Part shown: positions 1 to 9,453 of the stretch, one piece after another
How positions within the stretch are numbered: the first letter of the stretch is position 1
How the letters are laid out: every line of letters starts with the position of its first letter
IMG/VR virus record: IMGVR_UViG_3300025423_000009
Location: 32,001-96,000 of that record
Reading direction: 5' to 3' (one strand)
DNA length: 64,000 bases
From: a virus
Translations under genes and position numbers: made by a program
Notes under the pieces: model-generated
Database searches by the model: none
Told to the model about the DNA's origin: nothing
The model's input: only the letters and a program-made list of their open reading frames with translations

Positions 1-26
1 GCCTGAGTAATTTTGTCTTTGATCAT
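1..26 (-). CDS. 5' end of a late gene running off the left edge (MIKDKITQ...)
   Basis: ATG at 26 lies just downstream of TATAAATA (49-56); only 8 codons are visible. Confidence 0.4.
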
Positions 27-48
27 GGAATTGAAAGGTTGTGTTTTC

Positions 49-56
49 TATTTATA
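49..56 (-). promoter_or_regulatory. T4-type late promoter TATAAATA
   Basis: Exact gp55 consensus. Further exact copies at 3692-3699, 11666-11673, 36150-36157, 38676-38683, 53600-53607, 58406-58413, 60196-60203 and 60909-60916; CATAAATA variants at 1415-1422, 51379-51386 and 54099-54106. All lie just upstream of minus-strand starts. Confidence 0.8.
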
Positions 57-62
57 GGTTTT

Positions 63-395
63 TTACTTTGCAATCGGTGCATGTTGCCACACATTTGTGA
101 ACCAGACCAGAAAGCCAGCGGCTAATATGGAAGATACAAAGATCCAAAAGAACTTACGAAGGCCCTGAAGAGTATTTCCATCTTTGGCCTGATCGATGCG
201 AATGTCATTGATCGACTTTTCGTTTCGTGTGGTTCGTTCCTCGATCGAGATGAGCTGTTTCATCAGTACACCGTTTGTCTGCTCGAGGTTCGAGATCTTC
301 TCTTCGACTCGCGCGAGAGCCACGATGGCTTCCGACAACTTATCAATCTTCTCTTCCATGCGCTCTAGGCGCGTGCTTGTTCCTTCTTGAGACAT
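63..395 (-). CDS. Coiled-coil protein with C-terminal transmembrane helix (XhlA/holin-like architecture)
   Basis: Heptad-rich N-terminus followed by hydrophobic FFWIFVSSILAAGFLVWF. Confidence 0.6.
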   Translation of the reverse strand: MSQEGTSTRLERMEEKIDKLSEAIVALARVEEKISNLEQTNGVLMKQLISIEERTTRNEKSINDIRIDQAKDGNTLQGLRKFFWIFVSSILAAGFLVWFTNVWQHAPIAK

Positions 396-396
396 A

Positions 397-723
397 TCAT
401 TTTACTATTTTTGAGACTGGCGTACTGGTCCATGTGCGGCAACTCCAGTAGTTCGCTTTCCATTTAGGCCCCGGATCCTCGCAGTGATGACGAGCTCGGT
501 AGTTACGACGACGTGCCGGATCGTCCCGCTTAATCTCCATGTTCGGATCTCCGAATCCGAGCTTGATGACGTTGCCCTTCTCGTTCTTCACGTACACAGC
601 GAACTTCTTGGGACCGCCGGGAGTACGAAAAGGCTTATTCAGCTCGACCTTGCGGCCATCATATTCGGCTTCCTGAATGTCCAGGAACTCGCAAAACGTC
701 GAAACTGGAAGGAAATCGTTCAT
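397..723 (-). CDS. Conserved T4-like phage protein (DUF6321-like)
   Basis: LNKPFRTPGGPKKFAVYVKN...FGDPNM...RHHC...YWSC pattern recognised from aquatic T4-like phages. Confidence 0.7.
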   Translation of the reverse strand: MNDFLPVSTFCEFLDIQEAEYDGRKVELNKPFRTPGGPKKFAVYVKNEKGNVIKLGFGDPNMEIKRDDPARRRNYRARHHCEDPGPKWKANYWSCRTWTSTPVSKIVK

Positions 724-729
724 GGAAAG

Positions 730-1407
730 TTACATCTTGGCCGGAGGAACCGGCAGCTCCGTAGGCACCGGATTGACAGGAGAAGCTACGGCGATACGAA
801 TCGCATCGGGTTCCGTGCCGGAATCACACGCATAGGCGGCTTCCTGACGTTCCGTGGACTTACGACGATAGTAGTCGTAGATTCCGTGAATCGAGGCGTG
901 AATGCCGGCGATCTTGTGTTGAATCCAGGCCGGACACTCATCGAAGTTTGGAAGCACATTGAAGAGGTCATCGGCCATGTCGGCGATCTCGTCGAGCTCA
1001 TTACGCGTCATCGAGATCTCCTCGGCTTCGTGTCCACCATCCAGATGACTCTCCTGGACTGGCTTCTTGCCCGTGGCCTTCTGCGCGGCTCCAAAGTCCG
1101 ACAGCGCCATCTTGATTCGAGATGACTTATCCATTCCCTTGAATCGAGGATCCGTCGACTTGGTGTAGTCGGTGATCCATTTTTCAACCGGATCCTTCTC
1201 GGCATTTAAGGATTCTGGAATACGAATCGTTTTAATGGATTTTTCGACTTCATATTCATCCGTGGCCAGATCATGTGCCTGTTCATTGGAACCACGATCG
1301 GCCGAAATAGAAGACTGTGCCTTAGTCGGAGCCACGAAGTGAGCTTCCGTGTCTTCATGTGACGCCGCCTCGACAAGAGCCGTACGAATCTGTTTCAGTG
1401 ATTTCAT
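730..1407 (-). CDS. Putative internal head protein
   Basis: Late promoter upstream; N-terminal MKSLKQI...LVE; ...PAWIQHKI... module. Confidence 0.55.
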   Translation of the reverse strand: MKSLKQIRTALVEAASHEDTEAHFVAPTKAQSSISADRGSNEQAHDLATDEYEVEKSIKTIRIPESLNAEKDPVEKWITDYTKSTDPRFKGMDKSSRIKMALSDFGAAQKATGKKPVQESHLDGGHEAEEISMTRNELDEIADMADDLFNVLPNFDECPAWIQHKIAGIHASIHGIYDYYRRKSTERQEAAYACDSGTEPDAIRIAVASPVNPVPTELPVPPAKM

Positions 1408-1413
1408 GTTTTC

Positions 1414-2616
1414 TTATTTATGAGAGTGAAGCTTCTTGAAACGTTTGAAGTCCGCACGAATGGCCGAAAGTTCCGTTTCGCGACCAATGATGGTGTTCTC
1501 GGCCAGAAACTTCTCGATCAGAGTGCGATTCGATTCCTCAGCGATGAGTTGAATCATTCGCACGTGCTTCTCAGAAACCTGTGTGGACTCAGTCTTCATC
1601 AGCTCGTCCGTGTAGTATCCAGTGATCTCCTCGGGTGACCACTCATTGGCCTGAGACTGACGACCCTTGAACCAGGTGATCAGCTTTCCTTCAGGAGTCA
1701 CGGACTTCGGCCAGTCCTGAGACTCATCCGGATCCGTCATCTCGAACGGACGATCATTGACCAAAACGGAACCGTACTTGACCGTAAGCTTATCGGAAGG
1801 CTTCAGCGTGACCATTGTGGCCAGAGTATTGACATCCATGCCTGATTGGCCGATAGCTTCTGGCACACAATTCGGAACCGTCTTGCCATCCTTCTCCTTG
1901 GTGCCGATGGCCTTATAGCCTTTCCAGCAGGCTTTCTCGAGACTCTCTTTCTTGATTAGATCCTTGATCGGAATGAGCTGTTCGTTCGTCTGTCCCGGCG
2001 TGACTTCTTTGTTCTGCTGAGTCAGCGTCTTGGTGCCCCAGTCACGATCATGGGAGAGCTCCTCGTTCTCACCATTTGCATGGCTCTGAGCGATCTGCTT
2101 GGCTTTCGCGATCGCGTTCGAAGATTGAGCATTGACCTTTCCGATCTGCTTAGCGACGCCGCGCTCCTTTCCCTTTGGAGAGAAGTTGACATGCCAGAAC
2201 AATCCATGCTGAAACAGGATGTAGCGGCCTTGATCCGTGCTAGCCTCTTCCTGACCAGGAATAGCATCGACGGGTTTCCATTCTAGAACCGTCTTAGCAC
2301 CCTCTTCGACTTCGCTTTCCGACTCATTGGCCGACGATTGATTCGGATTCTTGCCTTGAGCATCGATGAAGTTCTCGGCGGCCTGCTTGGCCTTCATGAA
2401 AGCCAGAGGCTGACCGGTCGGAGTCTTGAAGATCTGATTGCCCTTGGTGCCACCGGACGGAACAAACGACACGATCAGATTGCCGGCCACGTTCTTCAGT
2501 GTAAACTTAGATCCGTCCTGAAGCTTTGCTTCCTGTGCTCCGGTATCCTCGCTCGAGGTCTCCCACTTGAGAGTACCCTCGATCATTACGTTTTTGATGG
2601 ATTCTGTTAGATTCAT
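1414..2616 (-). CDS. Modular late protein with an internal duplicated domain and a CWKGYK...VPNCVP motif
   Basis: Two related ~70-aa units (L[K/E]W...AKQ[A/I]A) plus a motif common in T4-like head proteins. Confidence 0.6.
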   Translation of the reverse strand: MNLTESIKNVMIEGTLKWETSSEDTGAQEAKLQDGSKFTLKNVAGNLIVSFVPSGGTKGNQIFKTPTGQPLAFMKAKQAAENFIDAQGKNPNQSSANESESEVEEGAKTVLEWKPVDAIPGQEEASTDQGRYILFQHGLFWHVNFSPKGKERGVAKQIGKVNAQSSNAIAKAKQIAQSHANGENEELSHDRDWGTKTLTQQNKEVTPGQTNEQLIPIKDLIKKESLEKACWKGYKAIGTKEKDGKTVPNCVPEAIGQSGMDVNTLATMVTLKPSDKLTVKYGSVLVNDRPFEMTDPDESQDWPKSVTPEGKLITWFKGRQSQANEWSPEEITGYYTDELMKTESTQVSEKHVRMIQLIAEESNRTLIEKFLAENTIIGRETELSAIRADFKRFKKLHSHK

Positions 2617-2629
2617 TGAAGTAAAATCT

Positions 2630-3451
2630 TTATTTATTCATTGGCTCGACGTCCGAGAGCCAGTGTTTCTTGTTTCCTTCCGTGACCAGAAAGTTAGGAC
2701 CACGCTTGACGATCTGAACGACTTCTCCGCCTTTCAGACGAATCGAGTCGCCAACATTGAAGACCTCGCCACGAACATATGATTCGCGAATCGTGGACAG
2801 CGGACTGAACTGAACGTCTTCGCGAAAAGTGGCAGATTCCTTCAGGCCCATGCGCTTACGAAGAAGATTGAAGAGTCCGATCGCATCCTCGAATCCGTGT
2901 GGCAAACCCTTGGAGAATGAGCGAAGGTCGTTGTCACGAACCGCCTGACGCATCTTGGAGGCCGACATGCCTTCCACTTCATCATCGGAATCCGGATCAC
3001 GATGACCGGCCGAGACCACCTCAATGCCGCCTGGAAAGTCGTAGTATCCATCATTCTTGAGTTTCTGGCCCTCGTACTTCTGCAGAAGCTTCGAGAATTC
3101 CGTGACTCGATCCTGACCAACCACCAAAACAAAGCGAGTGAAGCCATCCTGATAAGCCTTGCAAGCCACATCGAAGAATGTCTTGATAGACTTATCTTCA
3201 ATGATATTTCGAGCATGCTTGGGAAACATCTGCCGCATCACCTTGACCTTCTCGGAGTAGTGAAGAGGATTCTTTGTTGGATCTGTAGATTGAGAAGCGT
3301 AGATCTTATAGGTTCCACCAGCCGCTTCAGAAGCCACCGCGTCAATTAGCTTTTCATGACCTACAGTTGGAGGATTGAAACGTCCAAACGTGACCGTGAT
3401 CTCCTTGACCGTGGCCTCGACAAACTGTCGAAATGATTTTAAGTTTCCCAT
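2630..3451 (-). CDS. Cytidylyltransferase / NMN-adenylyltransferase-like (HxGH) nucleotidyltransferase
   Basis: TFGRFNPPTVGH, VVGQDRV and GMSASKMR motifs. Confidence 0.85.
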   Translation of the reverse strand: MGNLKSFRQFVEATVKEITVTFGRFNPPTVGHEKLIDAVASEAAGGTYKIYASQSTDPTKNPLHYSEKVKVMRQMFPKHARNIIEDKSIKTFFDVACKAYQDGFTRFVLVVGQDRVTEFSKLLQKYEGQKLKNDGYYDFPGGIEVVSAGHRDPDSDDEVEGMSASKMRQAVRDNDLRSFSKGLPHGFEDAIGLFNLLRKRMGLKESATFREDVQFSPLSTIRESYVRGEVFNVGDSIRLKGGEVVQIVKRGPNFLVTEGNKKHWLSDVEPMNK

Positions 3452-3464
3452 GATGTAGTAAGAT

Positions 3465-3680
3465 TTACGATAGCTTCAGATAGGGCCGTCGAGCTCGTCT
3501 CTCGGCACGCTCAACGAGGCGTCGCGAGTTGGCCCGTCGATACGGCAGGCCTTGCTCACGAAGTCCACGCCGACGCTTGACGTACTGATAGTTCAAGAGG
3601 CCGTCATCGTTCAGATACTCACCTGTGTAGTCTACCGATGTGAGATCCTTGAAGTTGACTTTGGATGAGTCTTGAGCCAT
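3465..3680 (-). CDS. Small basic hypothetical late protein
   Basis: ORF directly after late promoter 3692-3699. Confidence 0.55.
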   Translation of the reverse strand: MAQDSSKVNFKDLTSVDYTGEYLNDDGLLNYQYVKRRRGLREQGLPYRRANSRRLVERAERRARRPYLKLS

Positions 3681-3704
3681 GTCTATTTCGTTATTTATAC
3701 GAAT

Positions 3705-4918
3705 TCAACGTTGCCAGCCTTTAACCACGTCTGGACTGAAGTTAGCTTTGGAGAACTCCAGTCGATCGACCAGCTTGACGGTTCCGGCCTTGGTTCCGAC
3801 CACGTAGCCTTCCTGTCCGGTTCGTTCGTATCCATCCTTGGTCTTCAGAAACGTCGAGATTCCTCCAAGACGATTTAGCTGAGCAATCAATTCCTTCTTG
3901 GCTCCCACCAGTTGAGCCTGAAGCTTGAATGCCTTGACGATGTTTGACAGATTCTCTCTGGAGAAGAAGTCGAACGTGATCTGACGTCGTGCATTGACGG
4001 CCTGCTTACCCTTCTCGGTCTTCTTCGAAGCCACTTCCCGATCGAAGCGAGCGTTCATCCAGGCCACGAGCTCCGTGGCATGCTTCTGTGGATCATCGAT
4101 CTCTCGGCCCGCACGAACCTTCGAATTAGCAAAGGTCTCGATGGTCTGAGCCAGATCAGGATTGGATTGCAAGGCTTTTAGAATCGAGGACGGAATGGAC
4201 TTGAGAGTGGCCTCGGCTTCCTTGAGAGTCGCATCGACTTTACCGAGGTCTGCGGTGGATGATACCTTCTCCGTGCCGATACCCTTGAGATCCGCCGTGC
4301 GCCACCAGATCGAAGGAATTCGCTTAAACGATTTGGTGTCTACTCCCGGAGAAGCATGGAGTGCACTCAGCTTACCGGTATATGACGTATGAAACACCAC
4401 GCCGATCTTGGCGGCCATGATAGCCTTGGCTTCCGATGAATCGAGTGGAACCGCGTAAACGATCGTGTTTGGATGAAAGGTGACGTAGTCTCGACCTTGA
4501 ATCTTCTGACGCTTCAGAGTGTCGGACGTGAAGAGCAAATCTCCTTGAATGATTCCTCGAATGCCAAGCTTGGAGAACTCGATCAGAGCGACCTTCATCT
4601 TGTTATTGAGATCTCCGGCCTCGATGTGATCGTCGATGTCCTGTGGAGTCTTATACACCTCTGGAACTTTATTGAAGATCGACTTCTTGGCCACGAAGAA
4701 CTTACCATCGGCTGGATCGGTACCACAGAAAATTGCCGGCGCGCCATCCCACTTGACCGTGACGGAAGCCGTGGCTCCTTTTCCGGTCAGAGAGTCACGA
4801 ACCGCACGAAGAGCCTGAATGGCCGACTTGGCGCCCTCGATACCACCATAGAGGACCTGATCCTCCACATGAGTTAGATGTCCAGAACCTTCGAGAATGA
4901 ATTGCTTGAAAGTCATCA
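3705..4918 (-). CDS. ATP-dependent ligase/capping-fold nucleotidyltransferase (DUF6267-like)
   Basis: Motif I KWDG, III QGDLLF, IV EGYVV, V KLVD. Start approximate (MMTFKQFILE). Confidence 0.7.
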
Positions 4919-4923
4919 TATCA

Positions 4924-5826
4924 TCATTCGGCTGAGTCAGAAGCTTCAATCTTTACTAGCGGCTTGATAGTCTTGGAAGTGTATCGCTCGATCGAGACGT
5001 CCGTGGCCTTCACGGATTTAACGGCCACGATCGTTCCCATCTTCGGATAGTTTTCAACGTTGTGAAGGAACACGACCTCGTGATTCTTGAAGTAATGATC
5101 GTAAGCGATCTTTCCAAACTTCTCCTCGATCTTCTGAAACTCTTTGGGAAACTTAGCTTTCAGCTCAGCGATGATTGATCCAGGAATCTCGGAAGTGACT
5201 TCGAATCCACCACGATTGGCCAGATCGATCAATGCGCGCTCGACTTCGATGGTCGAGAAAGTACCTCCGAGCTTAAAGTCATAAGCGTGTCCGGACTTCT
5301 TAACCTTCACGGCCTTGAGTTCATACTCGGCTTCCGGAAGCATGATGTCTTTTCCACCCGAAGATCCGCCACCTAAAGTCGCGTAGTCATACATGAAGTA
5401 GAACAAGACTTCACCGGGACCGATTCCTTTGACTCCATAGTTGTATAGTCTTGCAAATGATTTGCCGCTTTCGAGCTCGGAGTTTTTCAGTTCAGCCAAT
5501 GCGTGATTGAACTCTTCCTTCTTAATCGTCTTGCTCTTTAAAGTCTTAGATATATGGAACTTTGGAAAGTAGTACTTGCAGAAGAGGTATTGAATCTCAC
5601 GCTTGTTCTTCAGAGTCTGAAAGTCCGTGCCGGTTAGATTGAGTTGAGTCACGTGTTCGGCGCGATTGAGGAATTCTTTATCTAGTTTGTCGACGTCAGA
5701 CTTCTCAGAAGTGGCCTCGTTGATGATGACCTCCGCACGATTGATGAATGCTATGTCAAGCCCATACGTTTCAGGATCGATCGATTTGAGGCAATGGCCG
5801 CGAAATTCATTGAGCGTCTTCTTCAT
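4924..5826 (-). CDS. PD-(D/E)xK nuclease-like protein
   Basis: GPGEVLF...GKDI...EYELKAVK matches the E...D...ExK arrangement. Confidence 0.55.
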   Translation of the reverse strand: MKKTLNEFRGHCLKSIDPETYGLDIAFINRAEVIINEATSEKSDVDKLDKEFLNRAEHVTQLNLTGTDFQTLKNKREIQYLFCKYYFPKFHISKTLKSKTIKKEEFNHALAELKNSELESGKSFARLYNYGVKGIGPGEVLFYFMYDYATLGGGSSGGKDIMLPEAEYELKAVKVKKSGHAYDFKLGGTFSTIEVERALIDLANRGGFEVTSEIPGSIIAELKAKFPKEFQKIEEKFGKIAYDHYFKNHEVVFLHNVENYPKMGTIVAVKSVKATDVSIERYTSKTIKPLVKIEASDSAE

Positions 5827-5839
5827 GTCCTTCTATTTA

Positions 5840-6688
5840 TTAGATTCCTTGTTTCTCGATCGAAGCCGGAAGTTCCGTGGCCTTGGAATTCATGGCCGCT
5901 CGAGGCTTCAGAGTCACTCGAACTCCCTTATACTCCTTACCATCCACCTTGAATCGAGCCGAAGGCATCGCTTCCGCCGATAGAACCACACGCCTCTGTT
6001 GATCATTCAGGTACATATTCAGATCTCGATCATTAAGCCTGAATCCCACGGAAGCTCGAAGAGTGTAAGACTCTCCGGTCTTAGACAGTCGAAACACCTT
6101 TCCCTCACTTCGAAACTCAATATTGTCCTTGCTCTTCTTCGTATCCCTCTTGTACAATGGACCAAATACGGCTCGTCCGGCTAGCTTGCGATCCTTTACA
6201 GGTAGAAAGAAGCTCTTCTGACCTTCCGTGATGTCGATTAAACGACTGGCCACTTGGCGCAGAAATGCCGCGACCTCTGAATCCTTGGAGATGTTGCCGA
6301 TCCGTCCTCCATCGGCATGGAATGACAGGCCCGAGTAGAAGTCGATCTGAGAGGGATTTGTCACCCAATCCAGACAGAAGTAGCACGTCTCCTGAAACTT
6401 GCCATTGATCAGAGAAACGAAGGCCAGATCCGCCTTCGATCGAGTCTGGCGATCAAGATCTATGAGAGGATGATTGAAGACTCGATTGACGCCATAGATG
6501 TCCTTGAGCTTAATTGGTGTGTTGGCGATGGTTAGCGTGATCGGCTCACCGATGCGAAAGAGCTCAGAATTAAAGTAAGTCATGAACGCCGTGATGCCGC
6601 GTTCCATGGAAGACGGATCGTTGAGCTTGTATGACTTGTCGAGTGAGGCCTGCTGAAAGAGCAGGCCATGAGTCTTCGCGGATGGCAT
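5840..6688 (-). CDS. Hypothetical protein, possible degenerate restriction-like fold
   Basis: SKADLAFV motif present but no clear ExK/SxK; long ORF with genome-typical codon use. Confidence 0.5.
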   Translation of the reverse strand: MPSAKTHGLLFQQASLDKSYKLNDPSSMERGITAFMTYFNSELFRIGEPITLTIANTPIKLKDIYGVNRVFNHPLIDLDRQTRSKADLAFVSLINGKFQETCYFCLDWVTNPSQIDFYSGLSFHADGGRIGNISKDSEVAAFLRQVASRLIDITEGQKSFFLPVKDRKLAGRAVFGPLYKRDTKKSKDNIEFRSEGKVFRLSKTGESYTLRASVGFRLNDRDLNMYLNDQQRRVVLSAEAMPSARFKVDGKEYKGVRVTLKPRAAMNSKATELPASIEKQGI

Positions 6689-6692
6689 GTCC

Positions 6693-7034
6693 TTATTTAC
6701 AAGGGGCAGATGAAGGATGTGACGGTGATTGATAATTCTCGATGCGACGAATCACGTCCTGACGATCGCAGCAGGTGGATATCGAGATCATATTTGGAAT
6801 AGTCTCATGAGCCTCATCGAGCGTATTTTCTGAATCTATACCCTTGAGCTTCTTAATGATTGGAGCCTTACTCTTGGCCAGACACCGTGCTACGGCGCGA
6901 GAAGCAGATACGGATTCAACGACATATTCCCGCTTGGCATAGTTAAACACGTCTCCGATTCGACGGCGAATCTGTCCCGGAGGAATGTCGGTCTGATCGA
7001 GCTCGATGTCATTATATGATATGTTATTTTTCAT
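6693..7034 (-). CDS. Hypothetical protein
   Basis: 113-aa ORF tightly packed between neighbours. Confidence 0.55.
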   Translation of the reverse strand: MKNNISYNDIELDQTDIPPGQIRRRIGDVFNYAKREYVVESVSASRAVARCLAKSKAPIIKKLKGIDSENTLDEAHETIPNMISISTCCDRQDVIRRIENYQSPSHPSSAPCK

Positions 7035-7037
7035 AGA

Positions 7038-7181
7038 TTAGTCTGATTGATGATTATCCTGTGGTTCATTTCGAGTCGTATATGTGATGATCTTCCAGGC
7101 CATGAAAGCGAGTGGAAACCAAACGATCGCGATGATCGAAATCATGATACAGGCCAGAATGAATCGTACAAGTGCCTTCAT
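7038..7181 (-). CDS. Small membrane protein (47 aa, MKALVRFILACIMISIIAIVWFPLAF...)
   Basis: Read by hand; ATGA overlap with the exonuclease stop; one TM helix. Confidence 0.5.
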   Translation of the reverse strand: MKALVRFILACIMISIIAIVWFPLAFMAWKIITYTTRNEPQDNHQSD

Positions 7182-7777
7182 GCAATCGGAATCAAGTCTC
7201 GAAGGTATCGATACAGTTCGACGGTCTTACGAATGTCGTACGAGGCATCATGTGCCTGAGAGTCGTCCCATCCAAGTTCCGCGCACTTGCATACCGTATT
7301 CAGCTTAAAATTGGGCAGCGCCCCGCGAATCGACTGAACATACCATGCCGCGGCTTGCATGACACAGAGAGCCGGAACCCAGAACCACGAGCCAAAGAAC
7401 TCGTCGTTGTTCTTGCGAAAGAACTCGCGAACGAAGTCCGCATCGAACTGTGCGTTATATCCGACAAAGTGCATCTTATCGGCCTTGTCGAACTTATCAC
7501 AGTGACGACTCAGGAACTCGACGAATAGGCCATAAGCCTGCGTGGCCGACATCGGCCTGGCCATGAGTTCATCGAGAGTAACCTTGCCGAGCTTCAGGGC
7601 TTCTGGATCGGAGGCTAAGACAATGAACGGACAGAACTTCAGATCGATCTTCTCGAGCTCATTGAGATTCGAGTCCGTGATGATGGCGGACAGTTGATGG
7701 ATGTTGTGTGTCTTTCGATCGATGCCATTGGTCTCGACGTCGATGAAGCAGTATTTGTATTGAGGGCGATCTTTCAT
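7178..7777 (-). CDS. DEDDh 3'-5' exonuclease (DnaQ-like)
   Basis: FIDVETNG, GYNAQFD and HDASYDI motifs. Start moved to 7777 because the 7792 start overlaps the tRNA. Confidence 0.9.
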   Translation of the reverse strand: MKDRPQYKYCFIDVETNGIDRKTHNIHQLSAIITDSNLNELEKIDLKFCPFIVLASDPEALKLGKVTLDELMARPMSATQAYGLFVEFLSRHCDKFDKADKMHFVGYNAQFDADFVREFFRKNNDEFFGSWFWVPALCVMQAAAWYVQSIRGALPNFKLNTVCKCAELGWDDSQAHDASYDIRKTVELYRYLRDLIPIA

Positions 7778-7784
7778 TGTAAAT

Positions 7785-7860
7785 TGGAGCATCGGATGGG
7801 ATTCGAACCCACGACCAGCACATTGGAAGTGTGCGACTCTACCAACTGAGTTACCGATGC
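7785..7860 (-). tRNA. tRNA-Gly(TCC)
   Basis: 76-nt cloverleaf: GCATCGG/CCGATGC acceptor, loop CTTCCAA, GTTCGAAT T-loop, U73, encoded CCA. Confidence 0.95.
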
Positions 7861-7861
7861 G

Positions 7862-8209
7862 TTAGCGGCCAACATTGATTAGTTGAGGATTCTGCAAAAA
7901 GAACGAGCTTTCTGGCGTGACGATGGTGCATGACCTTTGAACCAGAGCATGCATCAGATCTTTGGCCAACTTCTCGGCCTCGCTGTCGATGTCCGCTGAA
8001 GTCTTTGGAAATCGCGGATAGTTGATCAGGCCAATGATGGCTCCGGCTTCTCGACCTCCGGTATAGACGTACTCGGTCGGCGTGACCGTGACACATGCAC
8101 CCTCAGCGCAATGATGCTGACAGAAGTGCTTGATCATAGTGATGTCTCCGGCGATGTAGATCTTAACCTCATAGCTCGCGGCCTCGGACGTAATTGAATT
8201 CGAATTCAT
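7862..8209 (-). CDS. Conserved phage hypothetical protein
   Basis: CVTVTPTEYVYTGGRE...GLINYPRFP pattern. Confidence 0.65.
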   Translation of the reverse strand: MNSNSITSEAASYEVKIYIAGDITMIKHFCQHHCAEGACVTVTPTEYVYTGGREAGAIIGLINYPRFPKTSADIDSEAEKLAKDLMHALVQRSCTIVTPESSFFLQNPQLINVGR

Positions 8210-8415
8210 ACCTTGATTTCCTTTCCATCATGAACGTTCATAAGACACATGCGCTCATCGAGCATCGCGTCGATGCGTTCGGTCCATCGCTTCTTCAGTT
8301 CCGGAGTCTTGGCTTCGTCTCGTCCTTCCTTGAACATCGCGAGTATCTTGTCGACCTGCTCGATCATGTCGAGAATCTGCTTCTTGTCTTCAGGAGTGAG
8401 TTTGTATTTCATCAT
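8206..8415 (-). CDS. Small helical hypothetical protein
   Basis: Start reassigned to MMKYKL at 8415 to avoid overlap with the upstream gene. Confidence 0.55.
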   Translation of the reverse strand: MMKYKLTPEDKKQILDMIEQVDKILAMFKEGRDEAKTPELKKRWTERIDAMLDERMCLMNVHDGKEIKV

Positions 8416-8419
8416 ATAA

Positions 8420-8896
8420 TTAAGAATTGAATAGTCCCTGAGCCCAGGACTTCTTGGTATGTCCATTTGCGGCGGCCCAACGAACAAACAGCCCGAGCTC
8501 TCGTCCATAGGCTTCGATCTCGAGCGGATCGTCCCAGTAGTTTTCCGCAGGATCTTGATTTCGCATGTGTTCTCCAATCACAAACTGCTTGATGTGAACC
8601 GTCTCATGAGCAATTGATAATAGACTCAGCCTTGTATCAACGGATGGATCCACTCGAATCGTATACTCACCATGACCGACCAAATTGTCTGGAGTCACAT
8701 CCGCACATAGGCCTTCGCGCTTCATCAGACCTCGTTCGGCGATCACATTGATGATCGTCCTATGAGTCTGATCGGATGCCAGGTGATTCAGTGTATATTG
8801 AATCAAGGATGCGATCAGTTCAGCTTTCTGCTCTGAGAATGGCTGCTCAAAATATATTCGTGCCATAGTATTACTTATCGCTTGGATATGCGGCAA
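8420..8896 (-). CDS. Zincin-like metallopeptidase (HExxH)
   Basis: AHETVHIKQ...PLEIEAY motifs. Confidence 0.75.
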   Translation of the reverse strand: MPHIQAISNTMARIYFEQPFSEQKAELIASLIQYTLNHLASDQTHRTIINVIAERGLMKREGLCADVTPDNLVGHGEYTIRVDPSVDTRLSLLSIAHETVHIKQFVIGEHMRNQDPAENYWDDPLEIEAYGRELGLFVRWAAANGHTKKSWAQGLFNS

Positions 8897-9137
8897 TCAG
8901 CTTGCGAGCCTGAATCAAAACCTGCTCAAGCTCATCGAGGTCAAAGCTCAACTTTCCCTCGGAGTCTTCGAAACACTGAGTCAGAACGATGAACGGTCCG
9001 CCTGCCTCATCCTGAATACGAATCTTTGTCACGGAATGACCAAAGATCGGATTCTCACCGACACGATGTATCGAGACCTCGATCGGAGTGGTGACGAGGT
9101 ATTTCACGGATGGAATGTCTTTATTTTCAGTGCTCAT
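8871..9137 (-). CDS. Hypothetical protein
   Basis: First ORF downstream of promoter 9183-9210. Confidence 0.6.
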   Translation of the reverse strand: MSTENKDIPSVKYLVTTPIEVSIHRVGENPIFGHSVTKIRIQDEAGGPFIVLTQCFEDSEGKLSFDLDELEQVLIQARKLIAAYPSDK

Positions 9138-9182
9138 TGGTGTGAATTTTGAATTTGTTAAGGTTGTTTTTATTCTGAGATA

Positions 9183-9220
9183 ATTCTATCATGAAGACCT
9201 GAATTGTAAACAAAAAAGTG
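9183..9220 (-). promoter_or_regulatory. Sigma70-type early promoter TTTACA-N16-TAGAAT with T-tract UP element
   Basis: Same architecture recurs at 17588-17615, 44905-44932 and 47258-47285. Confidence 0.75.
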
Positions 9221-9375
9221 CAGGAGAATCTCTACTTGTATGAGTTTACGATCTAATTGTGTGAAAATAATCATTTTTGCGTTCTAATTGTGTCAAAGAT
9301 GTCTTTTCAAGGGCTTGGAGAGATCTAATTGAATGAAACGGATCGATCCTGCAAATCATTTGAAATTGAGATTTG

Positions 9376-9422
9376 CATAAATAAAAGATGCTGGCCACGG
9401 TATGCAACTACCTGCCAGCTCT
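9376..9422 (+). promoter_or_regulatory. Late promoter CATAAATA plus GCTGG-N20-CCAGC hairpin leader of the homing endonuclease
   Basis: Same arrangement at 63063-63108. Confidence 0.65.
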
Positions 9423-9453
9423 GCAGTTTAACAATTAACATAGCAACCACAGC

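Noticed and set aside
484-1125. Long plus-strand ORFs antisense to minus-strand genes (also 13084-13689, 43867-44580, 45197-45895, 54072-55121, 56337-57047 and others)
   Set aside because: These are shadow ORFs produced by the codon bias of well-supported opposite-strand genes; they have no motifs or promoters
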